From positions 5,283-69,282 of the forward strand of contig JAZNXN010000006.1 in the NCBI GenBank assembly GCA_045593885.1: DNA of 64,000 nucleotides. Direction: 5' to 3'. A model generated the notes under the pieces. The model was not told where the DNA came from, ran no database searches, and saw only the letters and a program-made list of their open reading frames with translations. Positions within the stretch are counted from its first letter, which is position 1. Each line of letters starts with the position of its first letter. Below, piece by piece: positions 57,228 to 64,000 of the stretch. Made by a program: the position numbers and the translations under genes. This stretch comes from Eubacteriales bacterium. Its GTDB lineage: Bacteria; Bacillota; Clostridia; Oscillospirales; CAG-272.

Positions 57228-58073
57228 TTACTCGTTTTCGGAGGAGTTATCCTCTTCCTTATTCTTCTGAACGTATATTACTACCTTACGGTTATTATCT
57301 GTACCTATCGAATTGGTGGTAACACCCTCGATACCGTGTACCTCGGAGTGTATTATGCGTCTTTCGTACGCGTTCATCGGCTCGAGAACGACGCTGCGGT
57401 TATCGCGCAGAGCCTTTGCCGCCTTCTTGCGTGCAAGGGCGCGCAGGGTTTGCTCTCTCTTGGAACGGTAGCCCTCTATATCAACGGTAACTCTTGAGCG
57501 GTCACGCTCGCCCTTGATGTTCTTCTTGATGCAAGCGAGGTTTGAGAGATACTGAATCGAATCGAGCGTATCGCCGTGATGACCGATGAGGGTGCCTGCC
57601 TCCTCGCCCGAGATTATAATTCTGCGCGAGCCGTTGGAGCACTTGTAGAGCTTCGCCTCCGCCTTGATGCCGAGATTTGCAATAAGGGTGTTTATGAGGT
57701 CGAGCGAGCGATCCTCGCCCTTCTTTGCATCCACAGGCTCGAGAGTTACGTCCTCGTCATCCTCGTCGGGCTTTTCCTCCTCCGCCTTCTTGGGTGCTGC
57801 CGCCTTCTTTTTCTTCTCCTCGGCAATTGCCTTCTTTATTGCTTCCTCGTCAGGCTGTCTTTCGTGTCTGCGCCTTGCGGGTGTGGGGTCCTCGACCTCC
57901 ATATACGCCTTGATTTTCGTGGGCTTCACACCGATAATTCCGAGAATACCGTTGCTGCCAAGCTCGATTATTTCATACTGTACGTCGTCAAGAGGTCCTG
58001 CGCCGAGCGCCGCCTTCGCATTTTCAAGCGCCTGCTCAAGCCCCTTGCCTGTTGCCATTACTTCCTTTTTCAT
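57228..58073 (-). CDS. jag: Jag/KhpB RNA-binding protein (Jag_N, KH, R3H)
   Basis: N-terminal Jag domain, K/E/A-rich linker, KH-like region and R3H (ERRIIHSEV); position after yidC. Confidence 0.9.
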   Translation of the reverse strand: MKKEVMATGKGLEQALENAKAALGAGPLDDVQYEIIELGSNGILGIIGVKPTKIKAYMEVEDPTPARRRHERQPDEEAIKKAIAEEKKKKAAAPKKAEEEKPDEDDEDVTLEPVDAKKGEDRSLDLINTLIANLGIKAEAKLYKCSNGSRRIIISGEEAGTLIGHHGDTLDSIQYLSNLACIKKNIKGERDRSRVTVDIEGYRSKREQTLRALARKKAAKALRDNRSVVLEPMNAYERRIIHSEVHGIEGVTTNSIGTDNNRKVVIYVQKNKEEDNSSENE

Positions 58074-58093
58074 TTTATTTATCCCTTTAAGTC

Positions 58094-59188
58094 TTATTTT
58101 TTCTTGTTTGAGTCGGTTTTCATTTTAGCCTGTCCAACATTCTTGTTGGGCGCTTTCCTCTGGGGAGGAAGCTGACGTGCGGGAACGTCATCGTCATCCT
58201 CGTCAATATAGTGCAGAGAACGCACGGGTGCCGAGTCGTCACGGCAGGTTATTCTGTTGGGGTCGGAATATACTCCGCGATTCTTCTTCATTTCCTTCTG
58301 CATCATTTTAAGCTCCTCGTCCGTGTACTTGGGAAGGGGCATAGCGTATGCAAGGATAATGCTCTGAGCTGCTCCGAGAACGGTCTGATATATCCAGTAA
58401 AGGCCGAGTGCCGCGCTGAAATTGAAGGCGAAGAACAAGCTCATCAGGGGCATAGCAAAGTCCATTATCTTCATAGACGTCTGCTGGTCGGGTGTCTGCG
58501 CTACCTGAGTATTAGCCATGAATTTTCTCGTGAGCTTCATCGAAGCAAACGAGGTCACGAATACGAGTATCGGAATTATAACCAGCCAGCTGAAGTTAGA
58601 AAAGCTCGGAGTTTCTCCAAGGCTCTTGCCGAACATCATAAGGTTGGGTATATCGGCACCCGCAAATTCCTGAATTCCGTCAAAGGCATTAGGTTCTACA
58701 GCTAATTTCTCGTTAATCTTCGCTATAAGCTGTATTTCCTCCGAAGCATTTCCGCCCACAATACCTGCAATTGTGGAAATAATTCCGTTGGAAACCGTTC
58801 TGTCGGCAGAAAATACTCTGAGCCAGGTGAGCGGCTTGCGTACCAGCTCGTAAAGTCCCATAATGACAGGGAGCTGGATAAGCAAGGGAAGGCATCCTGC
58901 CCAGGGGCTCGCGCCTGCCTGAGTCTGAAGGTCCATTATCTCCTGCTGCTTTTTACGCAGGGTTACCTGGTCGTTTCTGCCCGCATACTTTTTCTCAATA
59001 AGGAATATCTGCGGACGCAGCTTTGCCATTTTAATCTGATTTTTCTGCTGCTTGATGCCGAGAGGCAAAAGCAGAATTTTTACAAACAGTGCAAATAAAA
59101 GCAGAGCCCCTGCGTAATGGGGAATTATCATGTAACAGAATCTGAACACGAAGCTGAAGGGCCATGCTATAATTTCAAGAAATCCCAT
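58094..59188 (-). CDS. yidC: membrane protein insertase YidC/SpoIIIJ family
   Basis: 60-kDa inner-membrane-protein core (..LPLGIKQQKNQIKMAKLRPQ...GCLPLLIQLPV..). Long basic C-terminal tail. Confidence 0.92.
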   Translation of the reverse strand: MGFLEIIAWPFSFVFRFCYMIIPHYAGALLLFALFVKILLLPLGIKQQKNQIKMAKLRPQIFLIEKKYAGRNDQVTLRKKQQEIMDLQTQAGASPWAGCLPLLIQLPVIMGLYELVRKPLTWLRVFSADRTVSNGIISTIAGIVGGNASEEIQLIAKINEKLAVEPNAFDGIQEFAGADIPNLMMFGKSLGETPSFSNFSWLVIIPILVFVTSFASMKLTRKFMANTQVAQTPDQQTSMKIMDFAMPLMSLFFAFNFSAALGLYWIYQTVLGAAQSIILAYAMPLPKYTDEELKMMQKEMKKNRGVYSDPNRITCRDDSAPVRSLHYIDEDDDDVPARQLPPQRKAPNKNVGQAKMKTDSNKKK

Positions 59189-59197
59189 TTCAAAATC

Positions 59198-59494
59198 CTA
59201 TTCTTTATTTTCTTTGGTTGTGTCACCCTCATATTTTTCCGTCATGCTCTTATAGGTATTCCCTTCAAGCTTTTTCATTTTTCTCGGCGGAACGGGGTCG
59301 TATCCGCATTTGCAGAAGGGGTTACAGCGCAAAATGCGCCATACCGAAAGATACATACCGACAAAAAATCCCCTCTCGCGAAACGCCTGTATCGCGTATT
59401 CCGAGCAGGTTGGACTGAACCTACAGCTCGGGGGTTTTATGGGTGATATTAATTTTCTGTATATGCTGATTAGCCATATAAAAACGTATTTCAC
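59198..59494 (-). CDS. yidD: membrane protein insertion efficiency factor YidD
   Basis: YRKLISP...CRFSPTCSEYAIQA....G...G..L...RILRCNP; GTG start overlapping the rnpA stop. Confidence 0.9.
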   Translation of the reverse strand: MKYVFIWLISIYRKLISPIKPPSCRFSPTCSEYAIQAFRERGFFVGMYLSVWRILRCNPFCKCGYDPVPPRKMKKLEGNTYKSMTEKYEGDTTKENKE

Positions 59495-59877
59495 CTTTTT
59501 TCACCAACGATGAGGTCTAACCGCATAAAGCTTTTTTTGAGCTGCTCTGCCAGCTCTGTTGATTTCATACCGACTATCGACTCGCGCGCGACAATCACTA
59601 TGAGAAAGCCCGTCTTAACAATACATTCGTTGACAACCTGACGGTAGGCTGCCCTCATTATCCGTTTTGCCCGAGAACGCTCGCAGGCTCCGCCAATCTT
59701 CTTGCTGACCGTAAGACCTACGCGGTTTACGGTTAAATGCTGGGGGTGCGATTTTCTCAGTATCTTTGCCTTATAGTCGGGGAGAAGGTGTACGGCTATC
59801 GCCGAGCTCACCGCCCTCTTACCCTTTGAATACGCCTTGGAATACAGATGATTTTCGCAAAGTGATGTTATTTTCAT
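59491..59877 (-). CDS. rnpA: ribonuclease P protein component
   Basis: Basic 128-aa protein with RNR-like motif (RAKRIMRAAYR); downstream of rpmH. Confidence 0.9.
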   Translation of the reverse strand: MKITSLCENHLYSKAYSKGKRAVSSAIAVHLLPDYKAKILRKSHPQHLTVNRVGLTVSKKIGGACERSRAKRIMRAAYRQVVNECIVKTGFLIVIVARESIVGMKSTELAEQLKKSFMRLDLIVGEKR

Positions 59878-60002
59878 AAATCATCCGTCCTCTCTTTTTT
59901 GTTTTGATGTCTTTACTTGCTTTTGCCGTGATTTTCTAAAACAAAACCCCCGAGGCGCATACGCAGCGATGTCGGAGGTTTTCGCATAGGGGTTACCCCT
60001 GA

Positions 60003-60137
60003 TTAATATGTGAGCTGTGCTCTACCCTTGGCACGTCTTCTCTTGAGAACCTTTCTGCCGTTAGCGGTAGCCATTCTCTTTCTGAAGCCATGCTCTTTCT
60101 TTCTCTGTCTTTTCTTAGGCTGATATGTTCTTACCAT
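60003..60137 (-). CDS. rpmH: 50S ribosomal protein L34
   Basis: [44 protein letters not shown] (44 aa); ATG 60137 follows AGGAGG. Confidence 0.95.
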   Translation of the reverse strand: MVRTYQPKKRQRKKEHGFRKRMATANGRKVLKRRRAKGRAQLTY

Positions 60138-60272
60138 AGCTATCTCCTCCTTACTTAACGTTAATGTGATGGCGAGGCAAAATCCCCGCGTATTCATACA
60201 AAGACAAGTTATTATACAATACTAAATGCGTTTTGTCAAGAGTTTTATAAAAAACTTTTTATTAATTAAAAA

Positions 60273-61106
60273 TTATTTTTTGCTGTCGCACGGCTCGTAA
60301 TAGACGGTTCTGCCCGCCTCGATCGAGCGCGTGAGCCAGACACTCGCGCCGATAGTGCAGTTGTCGCCAACAAAGGTTTTTCCGCCGAGAATGGTTGCGT
60401 TTGCGTATATTACGACGTTGTTTCCTATGTTGGGGTGTCGCTTGATATCCTTGACGGGATTGCCGTCTTCGTCGAGCTCAAAGCTCTTAGCCCCCAGCGT
60501 TACGCCCTGATAGAGCTTGACGTTATTTCCTATAACCGTGGTTTCGCCTATTACAATACCCGTACCGTGGTCGATGAAGAAATACTCGCCTATCGTCGCG
60601 CCTGCATGGATATCAATTCCAGTTTTGCCGTGAGCGTATTCGGTCATCATTCGGGAAATGAGAGGAATACCGAGTATGTAGAGCTCGTGCGCCATACGAT
60701 AAACCGATATAGCGTAGAAGCCGGGATAGCAGAGGAGCACCTCCTCGCGACATTTTGCGGCAGGGTCGCCGAGGTAGAGAGCCTCTATATCCTTGACGAG
60801 CAGAGCCTTGATTTTCGGGAGCGTTGCTATAAACCTATCGCACATTTGGGCGCTGACCGACGAATCCTCTCCGACGAAGGCGTATGCTCTCTCTATCTGC
60901 GAGCCGAGCCTTGCGCGGACGAGCGCGAGCGCCTCCGACACGGTAATTCCCGACATCCCCTTGAAAAAACCGGGGAACATCAACGACTGCAAATCTCCTA
61001 TTATCTGTGCTATCGCATCCCTCGACGGAACGAGAGAGGCATCCTTGCTCTTTATCTTTTCCTTTCCCTCATTCGTCAGGGCGAGGGCTATTTCATTTAT
61101 ATTCAT
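60273..61106 (-). CDS. cysE: serine O-acetyltransferase
   Basis: SATase N-domain plus hexapeptide repeats (GIDIHAGATIG..FFIDHGTGIVIGETTVIG..V.LYQGVTLG). ATG 61106 lies 1 nt after the cysK stop. Confidence 0.9.
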   Translation of the reverse strand: MNINEIALALTNEGKEKIKSKDASLVPSRDAIAQIIGDLQSLMFPGFFKGMSGITVSEALALVRARLGSQIERAYAFVGEDSSVSAQMCDRFIATLPKIKALLVKDIEALYLGDPAAKCREEVLLCYPGFYAISVYRMAHELYILGIPLISRMMTEYAHGKTGIDIHAGATIGEYFFIDHGTGIVIGETTVIGNNVKLYQGVTLGAKSFELDEDGNPVKDIKRHPNIGNNVVIYANATILGGKTFVGDNCTIGASVWLTRSIEAGRTVYYEPCDSKK

Positions 61107-61107
61107 C

Positions 61108-62037
61108 TCACACCTCAAACAAATCTCCCGACAGATACCGAGTACCCGAATCGGGGAAAATCACTACTATCCGCTTGCCGCGGTTTTCGCTGCGCTCTGC
61201 AAGCTTTATTGCGGCAAAGAGAGCTGCGCCCGATGAAACACCTGCCAGCACCCCCTCGGTTTTAGGCAGCATTCGCGTCATTTCGAAGGCATCGTCATCC
61301 GACACCGCTATTATCTCGTCTATAACCGAGCGGTCAAGGTTCTCGGGCACAAAGTTTGCGCCTATGCCCTGAATTCTATGCGCCCCGCTCACGCCCTTTG
61401 TCAAGAGGGGTGAGGACAGAGGCTCAACGCCGACAACCTTTATATCGGGGTTTTTGAATTTTAAGTATCTGCCGACGCCGCTGACGGTGCCGCCCGTACC
61501 TATTCCCGCGACAAAAATATCTATTTTTCCGTCGCATCCCTCCCAGATTTCAGGTGCGGTTGACTCTGCGTGAGCCATAGGGTTATCGGGGTTATAGAAC
61601 TGACCGGCTATCACGCTGCCGTCAATTTGGCGGCGCAGCTCCTCAGCGCGAGCAACCGCCCCGTTCATACCGAGTGCACCGTCGGTGAGGACAACCTCTG
61701 CTCCATATAAGCGCATAAGCTTTATTCTTTCGACCGACATCGTATCGGGCATAACTATTATTGCGCGCATACCGAGCGAGGCGCAGACGGCGGCAATTCC
61801 TATACCCGTATTACCCGAGGTTGGCTCGATTATCACACTGTTTTCATTAATTTCACCGCGTGCGAGCGCGCCCTCTATCATTCTGAGCGCTACTCTGTCC
61901 TTTATACTTCCCGCAGGGTTTTGCATTTCAAGCTTCGCCACTATCTCGGCAGAAAGCCCGTATTTGTCGGCTATGCGCGTAAGGCGCAGAAGCGGCGTTT
62001 TTCCTATAAGCTCGGAAAGCGAGGCATATATACTCAT
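61108..62037 (-). CDS. cysK: cysteine synthase A (O-acetylserine sulfhydrylase)
   Basis: IGKTPLLRL..., PLP lysine region NPAGSIKDR, GIGTGGT loop. ATG 62037 follows GGAGG. Confidence 0.93.
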   Translation of the reverse strand: MSIYASLSELIGKTPLLRLTRIADKYGLSAEIVAKLEMQNPAGSIKDRVALRMIEGALARGEINENSVIIEPTSGNTGIGIAAVCASLGMRAIIVMPDTMSVERIKLMRLYGAEVVLTDGALGMNGAVARAEELRRQIDGSVIAGQFYNPDNPMAHAESTAPEIWEGCDGKIDIFVAGIGTGGTVSGVGRYLKFKNPDIKVVGVEPLSSPLLTKGVSGAHRIQGIGANFVPENLDRSVIDEIIAVSDDDAFEMTRMLPKTEGVLAGVSSGAALFAAIKLAERSENRGKRIVVIFPDSGTRYLSGDLFEV

Positions 62038-62063
62038 TTTTTCCTCCGTAATAACCATAATAT

Positions 62064-62092
62064 TAAAAAATGGGGTATGCCGTGCACACCCC
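62064..62092 (-). terminator. leader terminator (attenuator) upstream of cysK
   Basis: Minus strand: GGGGUGUGC-acg-GCAUACCCC-AUUUUUU. It lies 26 nt upstream of the cysK start (16 nt upstream of its GGAGG RBS) and 12 nt after the leader-ORF stop. Confidence 0.7.
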
Positions 62093-62104
62093 GCCAAGTA
62101 CAGC

Positions 62105-62179
62105 TCACGCTATCGCATAACGAAAGGGCACGACAGTTATCCTCGTGCAACAGCAACAGTTAAACGTAAAATTCATCAT
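62105..62179 (-). CDS. candidate cysK-cysE leader peptide MMNFTFNCCCCTRITVVPFRYAIA
   Basis: ATG ATG AAT TTT ACG TTT AAC TGT TGC TGT TGC ACG ... TGA. Four consecutive Cys codons at 62158-62147. It is the 3' part of track ORF 62105..62308. The SD is weak. Confidence 0.55.
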   Translation of the reverse strand: MMNFTFNCCCCTRITVVPFRYAIA

Positions 62180-62215
62180 ACTACAACCGCGAAAGCCTTT
62201 CGTTTTACTGTGAAT

Positions 62216-62244
62216 AGTATAACACATTTTTTGTGCATAATCAA
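62216..62244 (-). promoter_or_regulatory. promoter TTGATT-17-TATACT (TGt extended -10) for the cys leader
   Basis: Minus strand: -35 at 62244-62239, -10 at 62221-62216. Confidence 0.55.
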
Positions 62245-62315
62245 GTATATTTTGAAATTTCCGACTGTAACGGCTCAAAATACATGCGTTTTGGGTACAT
62301 TTTTTCAAAAATCAG

Positions 62316-62344
62316 TTGATTTTTGTCGGGTAATGTGTTAATAT
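62316..62344 (+). promoter_or_regulatory. promoter TTGATT-17-TAATAT for hom (divergent from the cys promoter)
   Basis: TTGATT 62316-62321, TAATAT 62339-62344. Confidence 0.5.
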
Positions 62345-62372
62345 GTTTATATAACAGCAAGGAGATTAAAGG

Positions 62373-63563
62373 ATGATTAACATTGCAATACTCGGCTGCG
62401 GCGTTGTAGGCGGCGGCTGTGCCTCGCTAATCGTTGAAAACAAGAAAATGCTCGAGGCTCTGGCAAAGGATACGGTAGAGATTAAGTATATACTCGACCT
62501 GCGCGATATGCCCGACAGTCCCTTTGCCGACAAAATGGTGAAGGATTTTAATATAATACTTGAGGACTCAGAGGTTGACGTGGTTATTGAAACCATGGGT
62601 GGCGCACGTCCTGCATACGATTTCACCCTTGCTTGCCTCGAGTCAGGCAAGCACGTGGTTACCTCAAACAAGGAGGTTGTCAGCAAGTTTGGCGACACTC
62701 TGCTCGAGGCGGCGCGCAGGGGAGGTGTCAACTATCTCTTTGAGGCGAGCGTGGGCGGCGGAATACCCCTGCTCCGCACAATAACCGACGGAATTGCAAG
62801 CGCGAATGAAATAACCGAAATCAGCGGTATACTCAACGGTACGACCAACTATATACTTACCCGTATGTTCGGCTCGGGCGCGAGCTTTGAGGCGGCGCTG
62901 GCTGAGGCGCAGGAAAAGGGATATGCAGAGCGCAATCCGTCCGCTGACGTTGACGGTATCGACGCGGCGCGCAAGACCAATATTTTAGCGGCACTCGCGA
63001 CGGGCAAGCTGGCAGGCGAGGAGCTGATACACACAGAGGGTATCACAAAAATCAACGGTGATGACGTTAAGAGTGCCAAGAAATACGGCGCTGAGATAAA
63101 GCTGCTCGGCAGAGTTGTCAAGACCGAGGGCGGAACCTACGCATACGTTGCTCCGCATTTTGTTCCTCACTCGAATATGCTCTCAAACGTATCGGGGGTT
63201 TACAATGCGGTATCGGTCAGCGGTAACTATATTGGCGATGCGCTCATCTACGGACAGGGTGCGGGAGCAAAGGCTACTGCGAGCGCGGTAATTTCCGACG
63301 TTGCAAACATTATCAGCGGCAAGGAAACGCGAGCAGCGAGGAGCTTTGAGCGCGATAACAGCTTCCCCTCGGATTTTTCGGGCTTTTGCTGCAAGAGATA
63401 CGTGCGTTTTTCCGACGGCGAGAGCTTAGATAAGGCAGTTTTGGTATTCGAAAATGCAAAAATTCTCGAAAAGAACGCTATAATCACCCCCGAAATGAGT
63501 GAGAAGGAATTTTCCGAAAAGATTTCGGTATTTAAGGTTGAGAACGTAATACGGGTTCTCTGA
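62373..63563 (+). CDS. hom: homoserine dehydrogenase with C-terminal ACT domain
   Basis: MINIAILGCGVVGGG..., catalytic-domain motifs (NKE, EASVGGGIP); 396 aa. Confidence 0.92.
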   Translation: MINIAILGCGVVGGGCASLIVENKKMLEALAKDTVEIKYILDLRDMPDSPFADKMVKDFNIILEDSEVDVVIETMGGARPAYDFTLACLESGKHVVTSNKEVVSKFGDTLLEAARRGGVNYLFEASVGGGIPLLRTITDGIASANEITEISGILNGTTNYILTRMFGSGASFEAALAEAQEKGYAERNPSADVDGIDAARKTNILAALATGKLAGEELIHTEGITKINGDDVKSAKKYGAEIKLLGRVVKTEGGTYAYVAPHFVPHSNMLSNVSGVYNAVSVSGNYIGDALIYGQGAGAKATASAVISDVANIISGKETRAARSFERDNSFPSDFSGFCCKRYVRFSDGESLDKAVLVFENAKILEKNAIITPEMSEKEFSEKISVFKVENVIRVL

Positions 63564-63570
63564 AAGCTAT

Positions 63571-63603
63571 AAGGCTGTCGCAAATACGACAGCCCTTTTT
63601 TTA
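63571..63603. terminator. bidirectional terminator
   Basis: GGCTGTCG-caaata-CGACAGCC-CTTTTTTT. Confidence 0.75.
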
Positions 63604-63614
63604 TTCTTACGGTT

Positions 63615-64000
63615 TTATACAGAGGGGAGCTCGTCGGATAGCTTCACTATACAGTAGAGGTTGATGAGAGTCATTGCTGAGCTGAGAAGGTCGCAGAAGC
63701 GCCACGCATAGCTCTCGTCAATGCAAAATCCGAGTACTATAAAGAGGGGGTATAGGGTAGTAAAGGTGCTTATCACCCATTTTTTGCGTGAAAAATACCT
63801 TACAGCGACCTGACCGTAATAAACCCACAAAACCATCGTGGCAAAGGCAAAGAAGAAGATTTCAAGCGTTATCAGCATAGGTGCGCTCGCACCGAAAACC
63901 GAGGAAAAGGCGCGGATAACAAGGCTCATGGCATTATCACCCCCTACGGTGTCGGTCACGCACAGTATTGCCACGGCGGTTAAGGTGCACATAAGAATTG
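63615..64000 (-). CDS. C-terminal part of an alanine/glycine:cation symporter (AGCS) family transporter; 5' end outside the window
   Basis: Hydrophobic C-terminal helices ..FFFAFATMVLWVYYGQVAVRYF.. resemble AGCS C-termini. The frame stays open to the window edge. Confidence 0.6.
   Translation of the reverse strand, partial: ILMCTLTAVAILCVTDTVGGDNAMSLVIRAFSSVFGASAPMLITLEIFFFAFATMVLWVYYGQVAVRYFSRKKWVISTFTTLYPLFIVLGFCIDESYAWRFCDLLSSAMTLINLYCIVKLSDELPSV

Noticed and set aside
62038-62215. A T-box or S-box (SAM) riboswitch as the cysK leader element.
   Set aside because: The leader is only about 170 nt. I could not find the T-box sequence (..GGUGGUACCGCG..), a specifier-loop/AGAGA/GNUGNA architecture, or the SAM-I core. 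This needs confirmation with covariance models.
62105-62308. The full 67-aa track ORF (MKKCTQNACILS...) upstream of cysK.
   Set aside because: Its 5' two-thirds lie upstream of and across the predicted promoter (-10 at 62221..62216). Only the last 24 codons, from the ATG ATG at 62179, are likely transcribed and translated. I kept that part as the leader-peptide candidate.
1-64000. A mobile genetic island, prophage or defence locus (integrases, transposases, restriction-modification, toxin-antitoxin, cas genes).
   Set aside because: No ORF translation shows integrase, transposase, methylase, nuclease-helicase or toxin-antitoxin hallmarks. Gene content is housekeeping with uniform composition. 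The only mobile-looking sequences are the short non-coding repeats reported above.

Overview
This 64-kb window looks like core chromosome from an endospore-forming Clostridia-type Firmicute, at roughly 50% GC by eye. The taxon guess rests on a complete spoIIIAA-AH operon, a clostridial-type AbrB, an SLH-domain protein and strong AGGAGG-type RBSs. I call about 58 CDSs, nearly all housekeeping:
- serC-serA, typA, tex, asd, hpf, nnr, pflB-pflA
- asnS, pnp-rpsO, pgsA, rimO
- the rpmH-rnpA-yidD-yidC-jag-mnmE cluster, cysK-cysE and hom

Other features are one tRNA(CAU), one ZTP (pfl-motif) riboswitch, and many near-consensus sigma-A promoters and intrinsic terminators. No IS element, integrase, prophage, CRISPR array or recognisable defence island is visible.

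The signals I consider most worth follow-up:
1. A 24-codon leader ORF with four consecutive Cys codons, followed by alternative hairpins and a terminator, upstream of cysK-cysE. This is a candidate cysteine-sensing translational attenuator.
2. About 210 bp of non-coding DNA between two convergent terminators next to the tRNA. It is built from a constant 8-10-mer (GATGATAT / ATATCATC, in two inverted sets) alternating with small hairpins of differing sequence.
3. A terminator-carrying MITE-like repeat family, with at least 3 copies plus one partial copy, always lodged between convergent genes.
4. A tightly packed asnS-led seven-gene operon. Its distal half (polytopic membrane protein, RNHCP zinc-ribbon protein, 548-aa single-pass protein, LemA) is uncharacterised.

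All calls come from reading the sequence and ORF translations. No database search or folding program was run.
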